64,000 nt of DNA from the IMG/VR virus record IMGVR_UViG_3300044691_000116, positions 1 to 64,000 of that record; one strand, 5' to 3'. Below the pieces are notes generated by a model that was given only the letters and a program-made list of their open reading frames with translations, made no database searches and was not told the DNA's origin. Positions 46,801 through 56,240 of the stretch are shown piece by piece (positions within the stretch are counted from its first letter, which is position 1; the number at the start of each line of letters is the position of its first letter). The translations under genes were made by a program, and so were the position numbers. Source of the stretch: a virus.

Positions 46801-47060
46801 CCATTCGTGGCGACATTCGCGACCGCCTGCCAGACGCCCAGCCCGCGCGTGTCGTTGACATCCGCGATCTGCGTCCAGGTATTGCCCCGGTTATCAGAAA
46901 TAACGAGGTTGTGGGCGGAGGTATTGTTCGTCGCCGCGACCGCGTACATCAGGTCGCCGGTCGCGATGCCGCCGGCGCTGGAGAAGGTGACGGTTTTGTT
47001 GGTCGTGTTGTTGGAGGAATCGGTTCCCCCATCGACCGCGCTATAGATCGTGATCGTCAT
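43785..47060 (-). CDS. large multidomain protein: beta domains, IPT/Ig-like domains and GH5 glycoside hydrolase
   Basis: G.LYDANG....RG.N..HW, NIVNEWG, IMIDAPG.GQD, FSAHIY, IGEFG and GWL.WA; LTLTG.NFG.TQG.G.V..GG.....SWSDT.I IPT domain. Confidence 0.85.
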   Translation of the reverse strand: MTITIYSAVDGGTDSSNNTTNKTVTFSSAGGIATGDLMYAVAATNNTSAHNLVISDNRGNTWTQIADVNDTRGLGVWQAVANVATNGTTPTVTFGKAGSSVEVSAAIFAVTGEHADLLDAAVTTAFNAGSTAPQVAVGPNTFTNDLVVGFMVTRNVAFATATPLSGYTPLIGNDNVGSAQQLRIITRATTTTGTWTPGWTLSASTFWSAAAFIIKGSTTAPTITGVSTKTPRHLGSLTLTGVNFGATQGTGSVALGGTVCAVTSWSDTSITVTVARGTNGYGTAVSLVVTVNGGATSNTSALVTGILPQAGWAYVTLATPYATTANRLTASADLAAANQVAYDTKGGSVGVQANGTFYWTPPTTTTNVEAWTAADGWGATALETLGAIVLPIVLSMTQLARLIGAAYINPTPFTPVILGIPVKGQALTYVTPGYTGPITSQQWHANAGTSGPVAISGATGSTYTPVTGDVGKWFSVRVTTPSGTYASTEFTATHTVVSQTAVQTAASPGAGLNIGGLGENAGITVQAVSQIRVYIGTHYIDSVLAPGVYAGTTALGNLTAYGSFFSTSLKIVASLSTAACADSLTDTAPSTMTRPGTSTGVGFWTAHGTLYDANGNKWRPRGANRLHWDSNTPVTGTVGLFNTKANCQRMFTDMTQDWTTKNKPLIDDMISTSPNHQCVPIPVIAAVKAYFTGSVSGNTLTVTAMAHASDGTDRGVIAVSNGTSQPNGTGLSGTGVTGSAIITAQLTNTNGSGIQGKEGTYTISGAAQTVASTSTMGYYCPTSGNTSVAVLAAATQQWVEQYPRWAAYERYMILNIVNEWGTAGITGVVHGTISGTTLTLTAAVSAATPIRTRMYLGATGVTPFQIVSATPLTGTAGAIGATYAVTPGQAVSVATSFDDVTWREAYNAMVAALRTAGYKCTIMIDAPGSGQDLGGAGNFWTLTHHGQNVLATDTQVNTMFSAHIYGGYRTGGFTAAAVAMSTAANAIGGPTYCIGEFGPAYQNQQSGNFTNLDALELIAVAEANLLGWLPWALDDPSNNNGGNPYAMIRLAGSYNAGGGGYQTSNPAELTPFGQQVVPILQSLAVPATVFP

Positions 47061-48997
47061 GTGCCAATCCCCTGCGTCGCGCCGATGTCATTGAAGGTGA
47101 CGCTCGGCACGCCCGTCCCTGTCTGTGGTCGCGCGATGGCGTAGAAGTCGGTCGCTATCGCAACAGGCTCGGCCGCGACGACGGCGCCAAGGCACGGACT
47201 GCCCGCGGCCAACGTCAGGTCGAATGTCGACAGGCTGGTGAACAGCGGATTGCTATAAGCGGTACCCGCGTGCAGATCTTTCGATGGGGCAGTTAATACG
47301 ACGCCGCCAAAATCAAAGTACTTGTTGTAGTCGAGCGTGACGGCGGTATCGCCGGCGCCAAAGTTATTGAAGTCGAGAAACGAGTTATGCCCCGTCATCA
47401 GGCACAAAATGTTGTGATTGATATTGACCGTGCCGCTCGTGATCGCGCCGCCGTCATTGACCAACAGGTACGGATAGGCGCCCGTCGTTGCCGTCTGGAC
47501 GATCGTGTTGTGGGTGAAGTTGATCGCTCGCGACGCGACGTTGTCGCTGATCTTGAACGAGCCGCCGTTCTGGGGGCCACCGCAGCAGTTGATGAAGATG
47601 TTGTTGTAGATGTCGACCGATTGCACCGAACTCGCGCAGGTCAGACCGTTCTTCGCGGCGCTCTTGATCCAGTTGCCGTAGACCTTGTGGCCCGTGAACT
47701 TGTCACCCGAGCCCTGCGTGTCGTTGAACTGAATGCCTGAGCCACCCGTGATGTCCTCGACCCGATTCCACCGAATGATCCAGTTGTGCGAGCACGGGCC
47801 GTTGAAGCCGCCCGAGATGGACTGATTGCCCGAGCCGACATAGATCCCGTGGTTGGTCATGCTCGTCTGCAGGCAACCGACGTCGTGGACGTAGTTGAAT
47901 TGCAGAACGACGTTGTCGCCCTGTCCAGGAATGCCGCCCGCGAGCGCACCCGTCAGCGTCGGCCACGAGACTTCGCAGTTCGACACCCACCAGTTGTCGG
48001 CGCCTTGTTGCAGGTTGATCGGTGCGCCGTCGGTCGCGCTCGATGCAGCCGCGCTGAAGACCTTGAGTCCGCTCAGCTTGACGTACTGCCCCGACGTGAG
48101 GGCGCCGGCGTTTGCGTGGGCGCTGATCGGCCCCATAATGCCGCCGCGGCCGCTGCTCGGATCTTGGTAGTACGGCGTCTCGGGCGCGTTGCCGAGAATC
48201 GGGCCGGGATAGCGCGTGATTCGAATGTTGCCGTGCCCCGCGGCGCCGGTGGCAGGTGATCCGTTGTGGCGATTCTCTTGGAAGCGCGCCCACCGGTTGT
48301 CGAATCCCACCTGATCCACGTAGGGCGTCCCCGAGTTCGCGCGCACGACGATGCAGTCACCGGGGAGCAGTCCTGCATCGCCCTGCGCGGTCGTGGCGGC
48401 CCACAGCGACCCCGCGACGGCCGTGTTTGCGCCGCCGTAGTTCTGGAGATACTGGAACGGCTTGGTGATGTCGTCAGGTTTGCCGGTGGCATCGTTGCCA
48501 GCGACGTTGTCGACGTACCACGTGCGCCCCGGCTGCACGATGAACGCCGCGGTCAGGATGTTGGTGTCGACGCCGTTGACGGTGAGTTTTACGTCGAGTG
48601 CGCGGCCGGCAGTCATCAGGCCGCCCAGCGAGCCAATCTGAAACAGGATCGCCATCAACTGGTGCGTGACGAAAACGTTTGGCAGCGTCAGTGCGCGATA
48701 GTTGTCGACCTCATGCCATGCGTTGTCACCCAGCGGGTCACGAAAGAACACGCGCGCACCCGTCGCCTGTCCTAACTGGTCCGACCGCCCGAGGGCGTAG
48801 CCATAGGCCTCGAGCGTGAACCCCTTGTTGTTCTCGCCGCCCGTCAGCGAACCCGAGTCCGTGTCGAGAGCAAGCAGCCTCGGCGCCACCTGATAGCCGG
48901 TCGGCTTGTCGCCAGCTGGCCACGCGCTCCAAATGCGCCCATCGAAACTGGTGAGCCAGCTCGACCAGTCTTTGGCGACAATGTTCTTTGCGGCCAT
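47057..48997 (-). CDS. right-handed beta-helix (pectin-lyase-like) protein
   Basis: WYVD...GND.TG......PF, PGD.I..R and repeated N.VHD/HGIY/I.NN.F coils. Confidence 0.8.
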   Translation of the reverse strand: MAAKNIVAKDWSSWLTSFDGRIWSAWPAGDKPTGYQVAPRLLALDTDSGSLTGGENNKGFTLEAYGYALGRSDQLGQATGARVFFRDPLGDNAWHEVDNYRALTLPNVFVTHQLMAILFQIGSLGGLMTAGRALDVKLTVNGVDTNILTAAFIVQPGRTWYVDNVAGNDATGKPDDITKPFQYLQNYGGANTAVAGSLWAATTAQGDAGLLPGDCIVVRANSGTPYVDQVGFDNRWARFQENRHNGSPATGAAGHGNIRITRYPGPILGNAPETPYYQDPSSGRGGIMGPISAHANAGALTSGQYVKLSGLKVFSAAASSATDGAPINLQQGADNWWVSNCEVSWPTLTGALAGGIPGQGDNVVLQFNYVHDVGCLQTSMTNHGIYVGSGNQSISGGFNGPCSHNWIIRWNRVEDITGGSGIQFNDTQGSGDKFTGHKVYGNWIKSAAKNGLTCASSVQSVDIYNNIFINCCGGPQNGGSFKISDNVASRAINFTHNTIVQTATTGAYPYLLVNDGGAITSGTVNINHNILCLMTGHNSFLDFNNFGAGDTAVTLDYNKYFDFGGVVLTAPSKDLHAGTAYSNPLFTSLSTFDLTLAAGSPCLGAVVAAEPVAIATDFYAIARPQTGTGVPSVTFNDIGATQGIGT

Positions 48998-49003
48998 GCG
49001 GGC

Positions 49004-50176
49004 TTATGCGTGCACTTGGCTGAAGGCTTGGCCGACATTGACCAGGACGGTCGTCGCGCTCAGTGCGATACCAATGATCTGGTCAACGTTGCCGGTCGCG
49101 GCGGGCAGCGTTTGCGTCAACGTGCCGGCGGTCGTCGACATGTAGACCAAGCCGCCCGGCGTCCATGTCCACGCGTCATGGCGCGCGATGCCGTGGTTCA
49201 GGAATTCCGTGGCAGCACTCGATGCATAGCCAGCGATGGCCAAGCCCATGCACAAGATGCCGTTGCTGGCGCCGGCGAGCGCGACTTGTCCCGAACTGTT
49301 GATGCCGACAGCCTGCCAGAGGGTGATCGTTGCCGCCGCCACCAGCCCTTGCACAGTCGTGCCAGTGAAGGTATCCGTGGCGGCCGGCAGGACAAGCTGA
49401 AGTTTGGGAACGGGTGCGGCGATCCTCGACCACGTGTTGGCGCCCCCTTGGCCGAACAGGGCGATGTCGCCGATCGCCCAATTCGTGAGGCCGTCCAGCG
49501 TGGTGGTTCCTGCAGTCGTGACGACGTACGCATTGGCGATGCCAGTTGGCGCCGTGCTGGTGACCAGGGCCGGCACGTTGGTCGATGCGTTCCAGCCAAG
49601 CGGGACGCTGATTCGCGAAGTGGCCGAGGTGGCCGCATTTGCGGCAGCCGTCGCAATGTTGCCCACCGAGGTATTGATGCTGACAATGTCAGCCGTGACG
49701 TTGTCGGCCAGCGCGGCGAAGAGATTGGCGCCGCCGTTCACAAGGCGCGACCACGTGCTCGAGCCACCCACGCCGAAGACCGCGACATCACCCACAACCC
49801 ATGTGAAGATGCCGTCCAGAGCCGTAGACCCGGGAGTCGTCACGATGTAGCTGTTGCTGGCGGCGGCCGTTCCGCTGGTGAGCGTCGGCGTGTTGGTACC
49901 CGCATTCCAGCCAAGCGGCACGGCGACCCGGCCCGTGACGGCGGTCGAAAGCGCTCCGACGCCTGTGTTGGTGCCGACAATGTCGGCCGTGATTTTGTCC
50001 GTCAACGCCGAGAACGACGTGACGCCCCCACCGCCACCCATGGCTGTGGAGACCTGCGCACCCACGTTGTTGAGCGTGAGCATCGTCGGGACACCCGTCG
50101 TCGGATCAACGGCGACTCCAATGCCGGGAGTGAGAGTCTGGTTTTTGTCGACCAGAAAGGCGTTGGGAGCGGTCAT
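49004..50176 (-). CDS. fibre-like protein with two GWNA.TN.P.L repeats and a C-terminal capsid-cement-like domain
   Basis: Internal duplication of about 100 aa; W.WTPGG.VY.STTAG.LT.T.P...G...Q.IG.A tail. Confidence 0.65.
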   Translation of the reverse strand: MTAPNAFLVDKNQTLTPGIGVAVDPTTGVPTMLTLNNVGAQVSTAMGGGGGVTSFSALTDKITADIVGTNTGVGALSTAVTGRVAVPLGWNAGTNTPTLTSGTAAASNSYIVTTPGSTALDGIFTWVVGDVAVFGVGGSSTWSRLVNGGANLFAALADNVTADIVSINTSVGNIATAAANAATSATSRISVPLGWNASTNVPALVTSTAPTGIANAYVVTTAGTTTLDGLTNWAIGDIALFGQGGANTWSRIAAPVPKLQLVLPAATDTFTGTTVQGLVAAATITLWQAVGINSSGQVALAGASNGILCMGLAIAGYASSAATEFLNHGIARHDAWTWTPGGLVYMSTTAGTLTQTLPAATGNVDQIIGIALSATTVLVNVGQAFSQVHA

Positions 50177-50266
50177 ATTTGCTTCTTTGCTGCAATGCGC
50201 ATGGGTCGAGGCGTCGCCTCAGCCCCCAAGCGGGATAGACTGCGTATCCATTTGTAAGGACGCCGC

Positions 50267-50494
50267 ATGCTCTGGTCTCACCCGTACTGGCTCGCCGTCG
50301 TGGCTGTGGCGGCCGTGGCCGCCCTCGTGTGGATCAACTTGCGAGCGCGCAAGCTGCCGCAGGATCCCGCTGAGGAGATCGACCACGCGTATTTCCTATA
50401 CGGCGAGGCGTCGCTCGATCGACCCACGCCGCCACCCACCAGCGAGCCGGCGTCGGTGAGAGCCGCGGGTCAGGAAGTCGGGGGGGCGTTGTAG
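50267..50494 (+). CDS. small single-TM protein (possible moron)
   Basis: AAGGA RBS, TAGACT upstream, one TM; opposite strand in an intergenic gap. Confidence 0.5.
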   Translation: MLWSHPYWLAVVAVAAVAALVWINLRARKLPQDPAEEIDHAYFLYGEASLDRPTPPPTSEPASVRAAGQEVGGAL

Positions 50495-52467
50495 AACGGG
50501 TGAGTCGTCGGCAGGACGCTGGCTTGCAGACCTTGACGCCAGGCAATATCGCCTTCGACCTTCTGGCGATTCGCCGTCGACAGCGCGCTGTCGAACATGT
50601 CGAATTCGCGGGCGACGATCGCCACCAGTAGCGAGTTCAGCGTAGCGATCGTCACGTTGTTCGAGGTCGTCGCGGAGAACGTTGTCGCCCCCGAAGTCAC
50701 GAAGGTGCCGGTGGCCGTGACGGTGCCGTTCAGGGACAGCGTCGTCACATTGTTGGCAGCGTCAAAGACTCCGACCACGAGGGTCGGCGTGTTCGTCGCA
50801 AGAGCAACGCTTGAGGTAATCGTCGTGGCTGCGTCAGCGTCTTGCCGGCGATAGGTCATCGTCGGGAAGCCGCTCGAGTTGACGCCGAGGATCGCGCGCT
50901 CGCTGTTGGAGCCGGTTATCGTGGCGCCGAAGATGCAGCGCGATCCGCCCGGCACGGTAGTGAGTTGGTACAGGGCCGCCAGCGTGACGCCGGCCAGACC
51001 GCTCGTGAACGGCTTGAGGCTTGAGGCGTCGCCAAGCAGGCCCTGAGTCGTGCCGTTGAACGTGTAGCCCGGGCCGCCATTGAAAGACGTGGCCCCGTAG
51101 GTCGGCGCAACGCTGCCCGTCCAGGAATAGCCGGAACCGCAGCCGTTCAGTCCCGTCCCGGTCGTCGGCGTCGTGGCTGGATTCGAGAAGTCCGTCCAGA
51201 GCACCGATTTCAGCGGGTCGACGTTCAGCGACAACATGCTGAACTGCGGCAATGGGAACAGGCCAGCTAACTGTGGGCCGCTGATGACGCCAGAGGCAAC
51301 GATTGCGGCGTAACCAGCGGCGTCACAGTGCAAGCCGTCACCCGTGTAGTTCGCCAACCAGACATCCGTGAGGGTCGTGTCCTGCGTCTGCGCAGCGATG
51401 TCGACGGTGTATTTGTATGGCGCAGGCTTGGTCAGCATCCATGCGTCGAATGTCTGGCGCGCCGCAGCGTTTCCATCTGCTGTCTGCCCGCCCGCAGTGG
51501 TAAACGTGCCCGTCGTGGCTGGCGAAAGCGTGCAGCCGATGACTGTCTTGGTCGGGAAACGCTTGGCGGCGATGGTGAAGTCGCCTTGCAGTTGGAGCGC
51601 CGTCCGGTTCCCGCCTGCCGTGCGGATGTCGTTGATGCCGTAGCCGTTGATGACGTGGCTGCAGTACGTGTTGCCGAGGATCTGGCGCTTGCGGCCACCC
51701 GTGTTGAACTGCGAGAGCTGCGAGCCACCGACGCCGCAGTTGATGAAGCCGTAGCCGACGCCAAGCGACTGCGCGACCTGGCCCATGTTGCCGTTGCTGT
51801 CGGGTGCCGTCGAACCGCCTGCGCTGGTTGAACCGATCGTGCGGCTGTCGCCCAGCAAGAAGAACGAGGCCTTCGTGGTCGTCGCAACGATGCACATGGG
51901 GTAGATGAACGCGCCAGAGCCGCCATCCGTGATCGTGCCGCCCAACGACAGATCCGAGAGGCTAGTTGCCGAAAAGGCACACGCCTCTCCTTGAGCCGCC
52001 CATCGCGTAGATACCGTCGCTTGCGTGCTAATGATCCCGCCGCCCGTTCCTGTCGCTGTTTTGACGAACGGGCGCAACCAGAATATCGACCCTTTCGGGA
52101 TGACGACCGCTACAGGATCGCAAAGGCCGGTATCGCCGTTTTGCGGTGCGACTCCTGGGCTGGCGCCCGACCAAAGCGCCTGCGTGAAAGTGCCCGATGG
52201 GTATTCGACCCCGATGGCGTAGTTCAGTACTGCTGTTGCCGTACTCTCGGTGGATGGGCAAAACCAGCCGGGATACTTGAACTGGATGGCAGTCAGGTCT
52301 TCGGTCGCAACGTGCGCGGTCCGACAGTTCGCGTAGTTGTTCGTTCCGCTCGACACATTCGGAATGTGCGAGCGGGTTGCGACAACACCAAGATAAGGCG
52401 CGAGCACGAAGGGCGACGCCGACGCGCTCCCGGAAAGCGCGCGCAGAAACAGCGAGGCGTAGCTCAC
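50470..52467 (-). CDS. SGNH/GDSL esterase plus LamG/ConA-like domain
   Basis: LLGDSRT, NCGVGG, YGIND and DGLH blocks; C-terminal F.GT..L...LS......VEG..A. Confidence 0.85.
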   Translation of the reverse strand: MSYASLFLRALSGSASASPFVLAPYLGVVATRSHIPNVSSGTNNYANCRTAHVATEDLTAIQFKYPGWFCPSTESTATAVLNYAIGVEYPSGTFTQALWSGASPGVAPQNGDTGLCDPVAVVIPKGSIFWLRPFVKTATGTGGGIISTQATVSTRWAAQGEACAFSATSLSDLSLGGTITDGGSGAFIYPMCIVATTTKASFFLLGDSRTIGSTSAGGSTAPDSNGNMGQVAQSLGVGYGFINCGVGGSQLSQFNTGGRKRQILGNTYCSHVINGYGINDIRTAGGNRTALQLQGDFTIAAKRFPTKTVIGCTLSPATTGTFTTAGGQTADGNAAARQTFDAWMLTKPAPYKYTVDIAAQTQDTTLTDVWLANYTGDGLHCDAAGYAAIVASGVISGPQLAGLFPLPQFSMLSLNVDPLKSVLWTDFSNPATTPTTGTGLNGCGSGYSWTGSVAPTYGATSFNGGPGYTFNGTTQGLLGDASSLKPFTSGLAGVTLAALYQLTTVPGGSRCIFGATITGSNSERAILGVNSSGFPTMTYRRQDADAATTITSSVALATNTPTLVVGVFDAANNVTTLSLNGTVTATGTFVTSGATTFSATTSNNVTIATLNSLLVAIVAREFDMFDSALSTANRQKVEGDIAWRQGLQASVLPTTHPFYNAPPTS

Positions 52468-52471
52468 AGCC

Positions 52472-53377
52472 TCAGTTCTGGAAGATTTCCAGGTATGCGG
52501 TGAAGACCTCGGAACTGGTCGGCGTGTAGGCGCCGCGCGCCTCGAGCAGGCCGTAGATCGTCGTGCCGGAGGACAGTGCGAAGGTGATGTCGCTGCCAAT
52601 CAGGGGGGCACCGTTGCCGGCTGCGCCATCCGTGCAGGCGATCATGCTGGTGACGTCGAGCGCACCCAGGTAGTTCGCGGCGCCGACAGGGACGAAGGCG
52701 CCCCCGTCACCATTCGTGGGGGCCAATGGCGATGCGCTGAAGAGGTGCAGCCGGAAAGCTGCGTTCGTCGTCGACGTGCTGGTCTTGCTCAGGCGTCCGC
52801 GGCGGATGGTCGCCGAGCCGGCAGCCAGCCTGGAGGCCGTGAACTGTAATGCGGTGACGCTGCCGGCGGTCGTGCTGTTGGCGACGAGTTGGCCGACCAC
52901 GTAGGCCGTCGTGTTCGCGGGTCGCGTGACCGTGGTTGACGGCGTAGCCACAATGCCGGCCGTCTTGCCGATGATGTTCTCGCCGGCCGCCAGGACGATG
53001 TTGGCGATCAAGTCGCGCGAGATGGAGCGCAGCTTGGCGAGGACCGTCCCAACGGCGCCGGCGGTGACCGCAGCATCCGCCGTTGTCCCGATGCCGTTCG
53101 CCGTAGCTTGCTCGGCGGTGATCTGGGTAGCCTGGTCCCGCGAAATCGACCGGAGCTTGGCAGAGATGGTGCCGGCTGCGCCAGCCGTGACCGCAGCGTC
53201 GGCGATCGCGCCTTCAGCCACGTCTGCGCCGTCAGCGACCGTGGCCGCGCCACCGCCTCCACCGCCGCCAGTGGTCGCGATCTTCAGGGCGAATGTTCCA
53301 TCGCCCTGGTCGACGAACCGGACAGGGATTCCTGTGCCGGAAGGCAACGCCTCCACGCCTACGATTTTGTCTGCCAT
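52472..53377 (-). CDS. hypothetical structural-type protein
   Basis: Duplicated DAAVTAGA.GT..AKLRSISRD; TRPANTTAY..G and FRLHLF...P C-domain. Confidence 0.7.
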   Translation of the reverse strand: MADKIVGVEALPSGTGIPVRFVDQGDGTFALKIATTGGGGGGGAATVADGADVAEGAIADAAVTAGAAGTISAKLRSISRDQATQITAEQATANGIGTTADAAVTAGAVGTVLAKLRSISRDLIANIVLAAGENIIGKTAGIVATPSTTVTRPANTTAYVVGQLVANSTTAGSVTALQFTASRLAAGSATIRRGRLSKTSTSTTNAAFRLHLFSASPLAPTNGDGGAFVPVGAANYLGALDVTSMIACTDGAAGNGAPLIGSDITFALSSGTTIYGLLEARGAYTPTSSEVFTAYLEIFQN

Positions 53378-53592
53378 GGAGTTTCCTTACAGGGGTGCTC
53401 GTGCTCTCCGCAGCGCCCGATCGAAGTGGGGTCTACGGACCGTTCAGGTCTTGTGCGGGTGGTGGTGCGCGATGCGCAGATCCAGCGCGATTGGGATGCG
53501 AACGATTCGCCGACGGAAGCGGCGCTCCAGCAGGATCGCGAGCCAGATCCAGAACCCAATGCGCGCGCCCATTTCCTCGTCGTCTTCGTCGA

Positions 53593-53925
53593 TCACGCCG
53601 AGACGGACAGATCCATCGCGGACGGCACATTCACCATGACAACGACGACATCAGTCACAACCAGCGGACCCGGCTGACCCCCGTTGACGGTGGCGACTGC
53701 CGGCGCGGTGAGCGCATTCCCAGCAGCATCGGACGCGACGATCGTGGCGCTCCACGAACCAGCGTCCAGAGTGACTGCTACCGCAATGCCGTCGATGGGA
53801 AGGCTGACCGTCTGCGTTGCGCCGGCAGCCTCGGTGAAGACTGCGGTGTAGTGGTCAACGGCGTCGGCGAGCGACGATGCAGCGACAGCCAGAAGGGTAA
53901 CGGTACCAACAACAGAACGGGACAT
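53593..53925 (-). CDS. hypothetical beta-rich protein
   Basis: AAGGA RBS; Ig-like composition. Confidence 0.55.
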   Translation of the reverse strand: MSRSVVGTVTLLAVAASSLADAVDHYTAVFTEAAGATQTVSLPIDGIAVAVTLDAGSWSATIVASDAAGNALTAPAVATVNGGQPGPLVVTDVVVVMVNVPSAMDLSVSA

Positions 53926-53999
53926 GATGCTTCCTTGCACAACGAAAGAAGCCCGTGCGGCGCAATGCCGGACGGGCTGGAATGTGGAAAGGGTATGGG

Positions 54000-54230
54000 C
54001 TAGACGGAGTCGCCGCAGACACCCTTGTTCGACCATCGAATGGTCACGGTGCCGGGGCCTTCGACTTGCAGGAGAAGCGCATCGACGCCGCCGCGGTCAT
54101 CGCAGTGATTGGCCTTGACTTGCACGCTTCCCGGGTGCGGGTCATCGTGGGCGACAGGGGGGGGTGCGGTCGCACAGGAAGCCAGCGAGGCCGCCAGAGT
54201 CAGGATTGCGAGGGTGGCGGCACGGTGCAT
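54000..54230 (-). CDS. small lipoprotein
   Basis: GGAG RBS; lipobox LASC. Confidence 0.6.
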   Translation of the reverse strand: MHRAATLAILTLAASLASCATAPPPVAHDDPHPGSVQVKANHCDDRGGVDALLLQVEGPGTVTIRWSNKGVCGDSV

Positions 54231-54246
54231 AGGGGCTCCAGAATGC

Positions 54247-54276
54247 AAAAAGCCCGCAGAGCGAATCTGGCGGGCT
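54247..54276 (-). terminator. terminator after putative late promoter (tR'-like)
   Basis: AGCCCGC...GCGGGCT-TTTT on the minus strand. Confidence 0.6.
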
Positions 54277-54381
54277 GATTTGGCGATGGCTTCGCCCCAG
54301 CAGGGGCTACCGGTCGAACCGGTTTACGCGATAGTTCGCGATCGAATTACCCAACGGGACAAAACCAAGCTGGGCATGCGG

Positions 54382-54410
54382 ACTTTAGCGCGAGAAGTCG
54401 GGGAGCGCAA
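54382..54410 (-). promoter_or_regulatory. putative late promoter (pR'-like)
   Basis: TTGCGC-17bp-TAAAGT on the minus strand, in the gap ahead of the late genes. Confidence 0.5.
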
Positions 54411-54446
54411 GCGGATCGTTGCGGCCTAGTTGGCGGCGGCGCATCT

Positions 54447-54677
54447 TCATGGGGCGCCCTTGCAAACCAACGTCCAGCGTGCACCGTCATTTGGAACATG
54501 AATCCATTGGCCGCCGCCGTTAGGGCACGCGACGACGGGTTTCTCTGCGACGATCGGCGGCAATGGCGGTGCCGGTGGTTCCGGGTGATGCTGGGAACGC
54601 ATGATTGTCGCCACCGCTTGGAAGAAGCTGAAGATAGAGATGCCGACGACGGCGGGAAGGAAGCTGCCGTGGCTCAT
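54447..54677 (-). CDS. small membrane protein
   Basis: N-terminal TM; coupled start. Confidence 0.55.
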   Translation of the reverse strand: MSHGSFLPAVVGISIFSFFQAVATIMRSQHHPEPPAPPLPPIVAEKPVVACPNGGGQWIHVPNDGARWTLVCKGAP

Positions 54678-55060
54678 GGCAGCTCCACCGTCTCGCCGAG
54701 CTTGCTGGCAACGTAGGCGCGCATCGCTGCAACGAGGGGCCCTTCAAATGCGATGACACTCCCCTCTTCCGGGTAGTAGCCATGAGGCCCCGGCATCTTA
54801 GCCGTCCAACAGTTGTGACCTGGCTGAACTTCGCTTCCGGCTATCAAAGCGATCCGCTCGCGCTCGATGATCGGGCCGCCGTCCAGCCAAACGGTCGAAG
54901 GCGAGTATGTCCTGCCGGTCCGTCCCTCTCGAATGCCGACTCCGATGATTCTCGCAGGGTTGGTGAGCGTGCGAGCGTACTCAAATTGTCCTTTCTCGCA
55001 GAGAGAGACAGCGTAGTCGAGCAGCACGCCGCCCAACTCAGAGGTCTTGTAGGTGGTCAT
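54674..55060 (-). CDS. NinX/DUF2591-like protein
   Basis: L.G..LDYAV, YSPST.W..GGPIIERE and PL.AAMRA.VASKLG..VELP. Confidence 0.85.
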   Translation of the reverse strand: MTTYKTSELGGVLLDYAVSLCEKGQFEYARTLTNPARIIGVGIREGRTGRTYSPSTVWLDGGPIIERERIALIAGSEVQPGHNCWTAKMPGPHGYYPEEGSVIAFEGPLVAAMRAYVASKLGETVELP

Positions 55061-55305
55061 ATGCAATACCTCTTGTACGCCTCGGCGAACCCATCGTTCG
55101 CTTCCCACTCCGTCGGGAACAATTGACCCCAGTCGAATACGTCGCCATTCTCAGCGATCTGGAAGTACTCGCTGTCCCCGCAAAGCTTCTTGCACGCGTC
55201 TTGGAACGTCTCGGCTTCCGCGCGACCGACAAGGAAGGCGGGGCTCGGGATCGTCTGGCCCATATCTGTCGGCAAGTAGGCGTGCCATACCTCGAATGTC
55301 TTCAT
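55057..55305 (-). CDS. hypothetical protein
   Basis: AAGGA RBS; G...AETFQDAC motif. Confidence 0.65.
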   Translation of the reverse strand: MKTFEVWHAYLPTDMGQTIPSPAFLVGRAEAETFQDACKKLCGDSEYFQIAENGDVFDWGQLFPTEWEANDGFAEAYKRYCI

Positions 55306-55337
55306 GCTGAAATCCTTCCTTCCGGCTCCTGCCGTCA

Positions 55338-56213
55338 TCAACGATTGGCCTGTTGCTCAGCAAGAGACAGCGTCGTCTTTGCCTCATCGACTGTCTCACG
55401 GGCCAGCCTCATCTGGCGCTCTACCTCGGTCAGCATCATCGAAGACTCGTCGAAGAGGTAGAGGGCGAAGTCATGCTGAGCGGGATTCTTGCCCAAGGTC
55501 GTCTTGCGTCGCCCGGATCCGCCGCAGCCCTGACGCCGGGTGCACAGAATCTGCGGCGATCCATCGTACCCTCCACTGAAGCCGCGCCCTTGGCACTCAT
55601 GGCACGTCGGGTCGAGCAGCGCGTCGAGCACGCGACCGGACAGTGCGTTGACGATGGTGAGGCGATCCCGAACGCGCTCGCGCCATGCGTGGAAGGCGGC
55701 GTCCTTATCCGGGTCAGTCTTCGGCATCGGCCCACATTCCATGAAGCCGACACGCTGGGCGATGCTCATGGACCATGCGCCGAACCTCTGTTTCACTTCC
55801 GGCAGGCTCTTGAGTTTGAGCAGCACGAAGGCGTGAGCCATCTGGGTTTCGTGTTTGGCTTGCTCTCGGATTGCCTTGGCGAGCTCAACGACAAGAGCCT
55901 GCGCGTCGAGTGGGGACAGGTCGGGGTCGCCGCGCCGCCGACGGCGATGTTCCTCGGCCGCCATACGGAGACTCAACTCGGCCTTTGCGCGCGCGGCCGA
56001 CGCATCCGAGTTCCGTCGCGCGAGCGAGCAATCTCCGCGAGCATTGTCGTATTCGGCCATGAGGCGATAGAGCATCGTACCCATGGTCTCCTTGACCAGG
56101 CCGGCGGCGATTATCAAATCGACATCTCCGCGCCTCAGCGTGGACATCTCGAGATGGCTCGTCCCCATAGCGCGGGAGTAGCGCTCGCCGAGAGTTGGTG
56201 CGTCAGTGCTCAT
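55338..56213 (-). CDS. late antiterminator Q-like protein
   Basis: ERYSRA..TS.L, and C..C.G.G ... C....C.GSG Zn finger; end of the nin region. Confidence 0.65.
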   Translation of the reverse strand: MSTDAPTLGERYSRAMGTSHLEMSTLRRGDVDLIIAAGLVKETMGTMLYRLMAEYDNARGDCSLARRNSDASAARAKAELSLRMAAEEHRRRRRGDPDLSPLDAQALVVELAKAIREQAKHETQMAHAFVLLKLKSLPEVKQRFGAWSMSIAQRVGFMECGPMPKTDPDKDAAFHAWRERVRDRLTIVNALSGRVLDALLDPTCHECQGRGFSGGYDGSPQILCTRRQGCGGSGRRKTTLGKNPAQHDFALYLFDESSMMLTEVERQMRLARETVDEAKTTLSLAEQQANR

Positions 56214-56240
56214 GGTCTCCGCTCCTCAGCGTGTCGTGTT

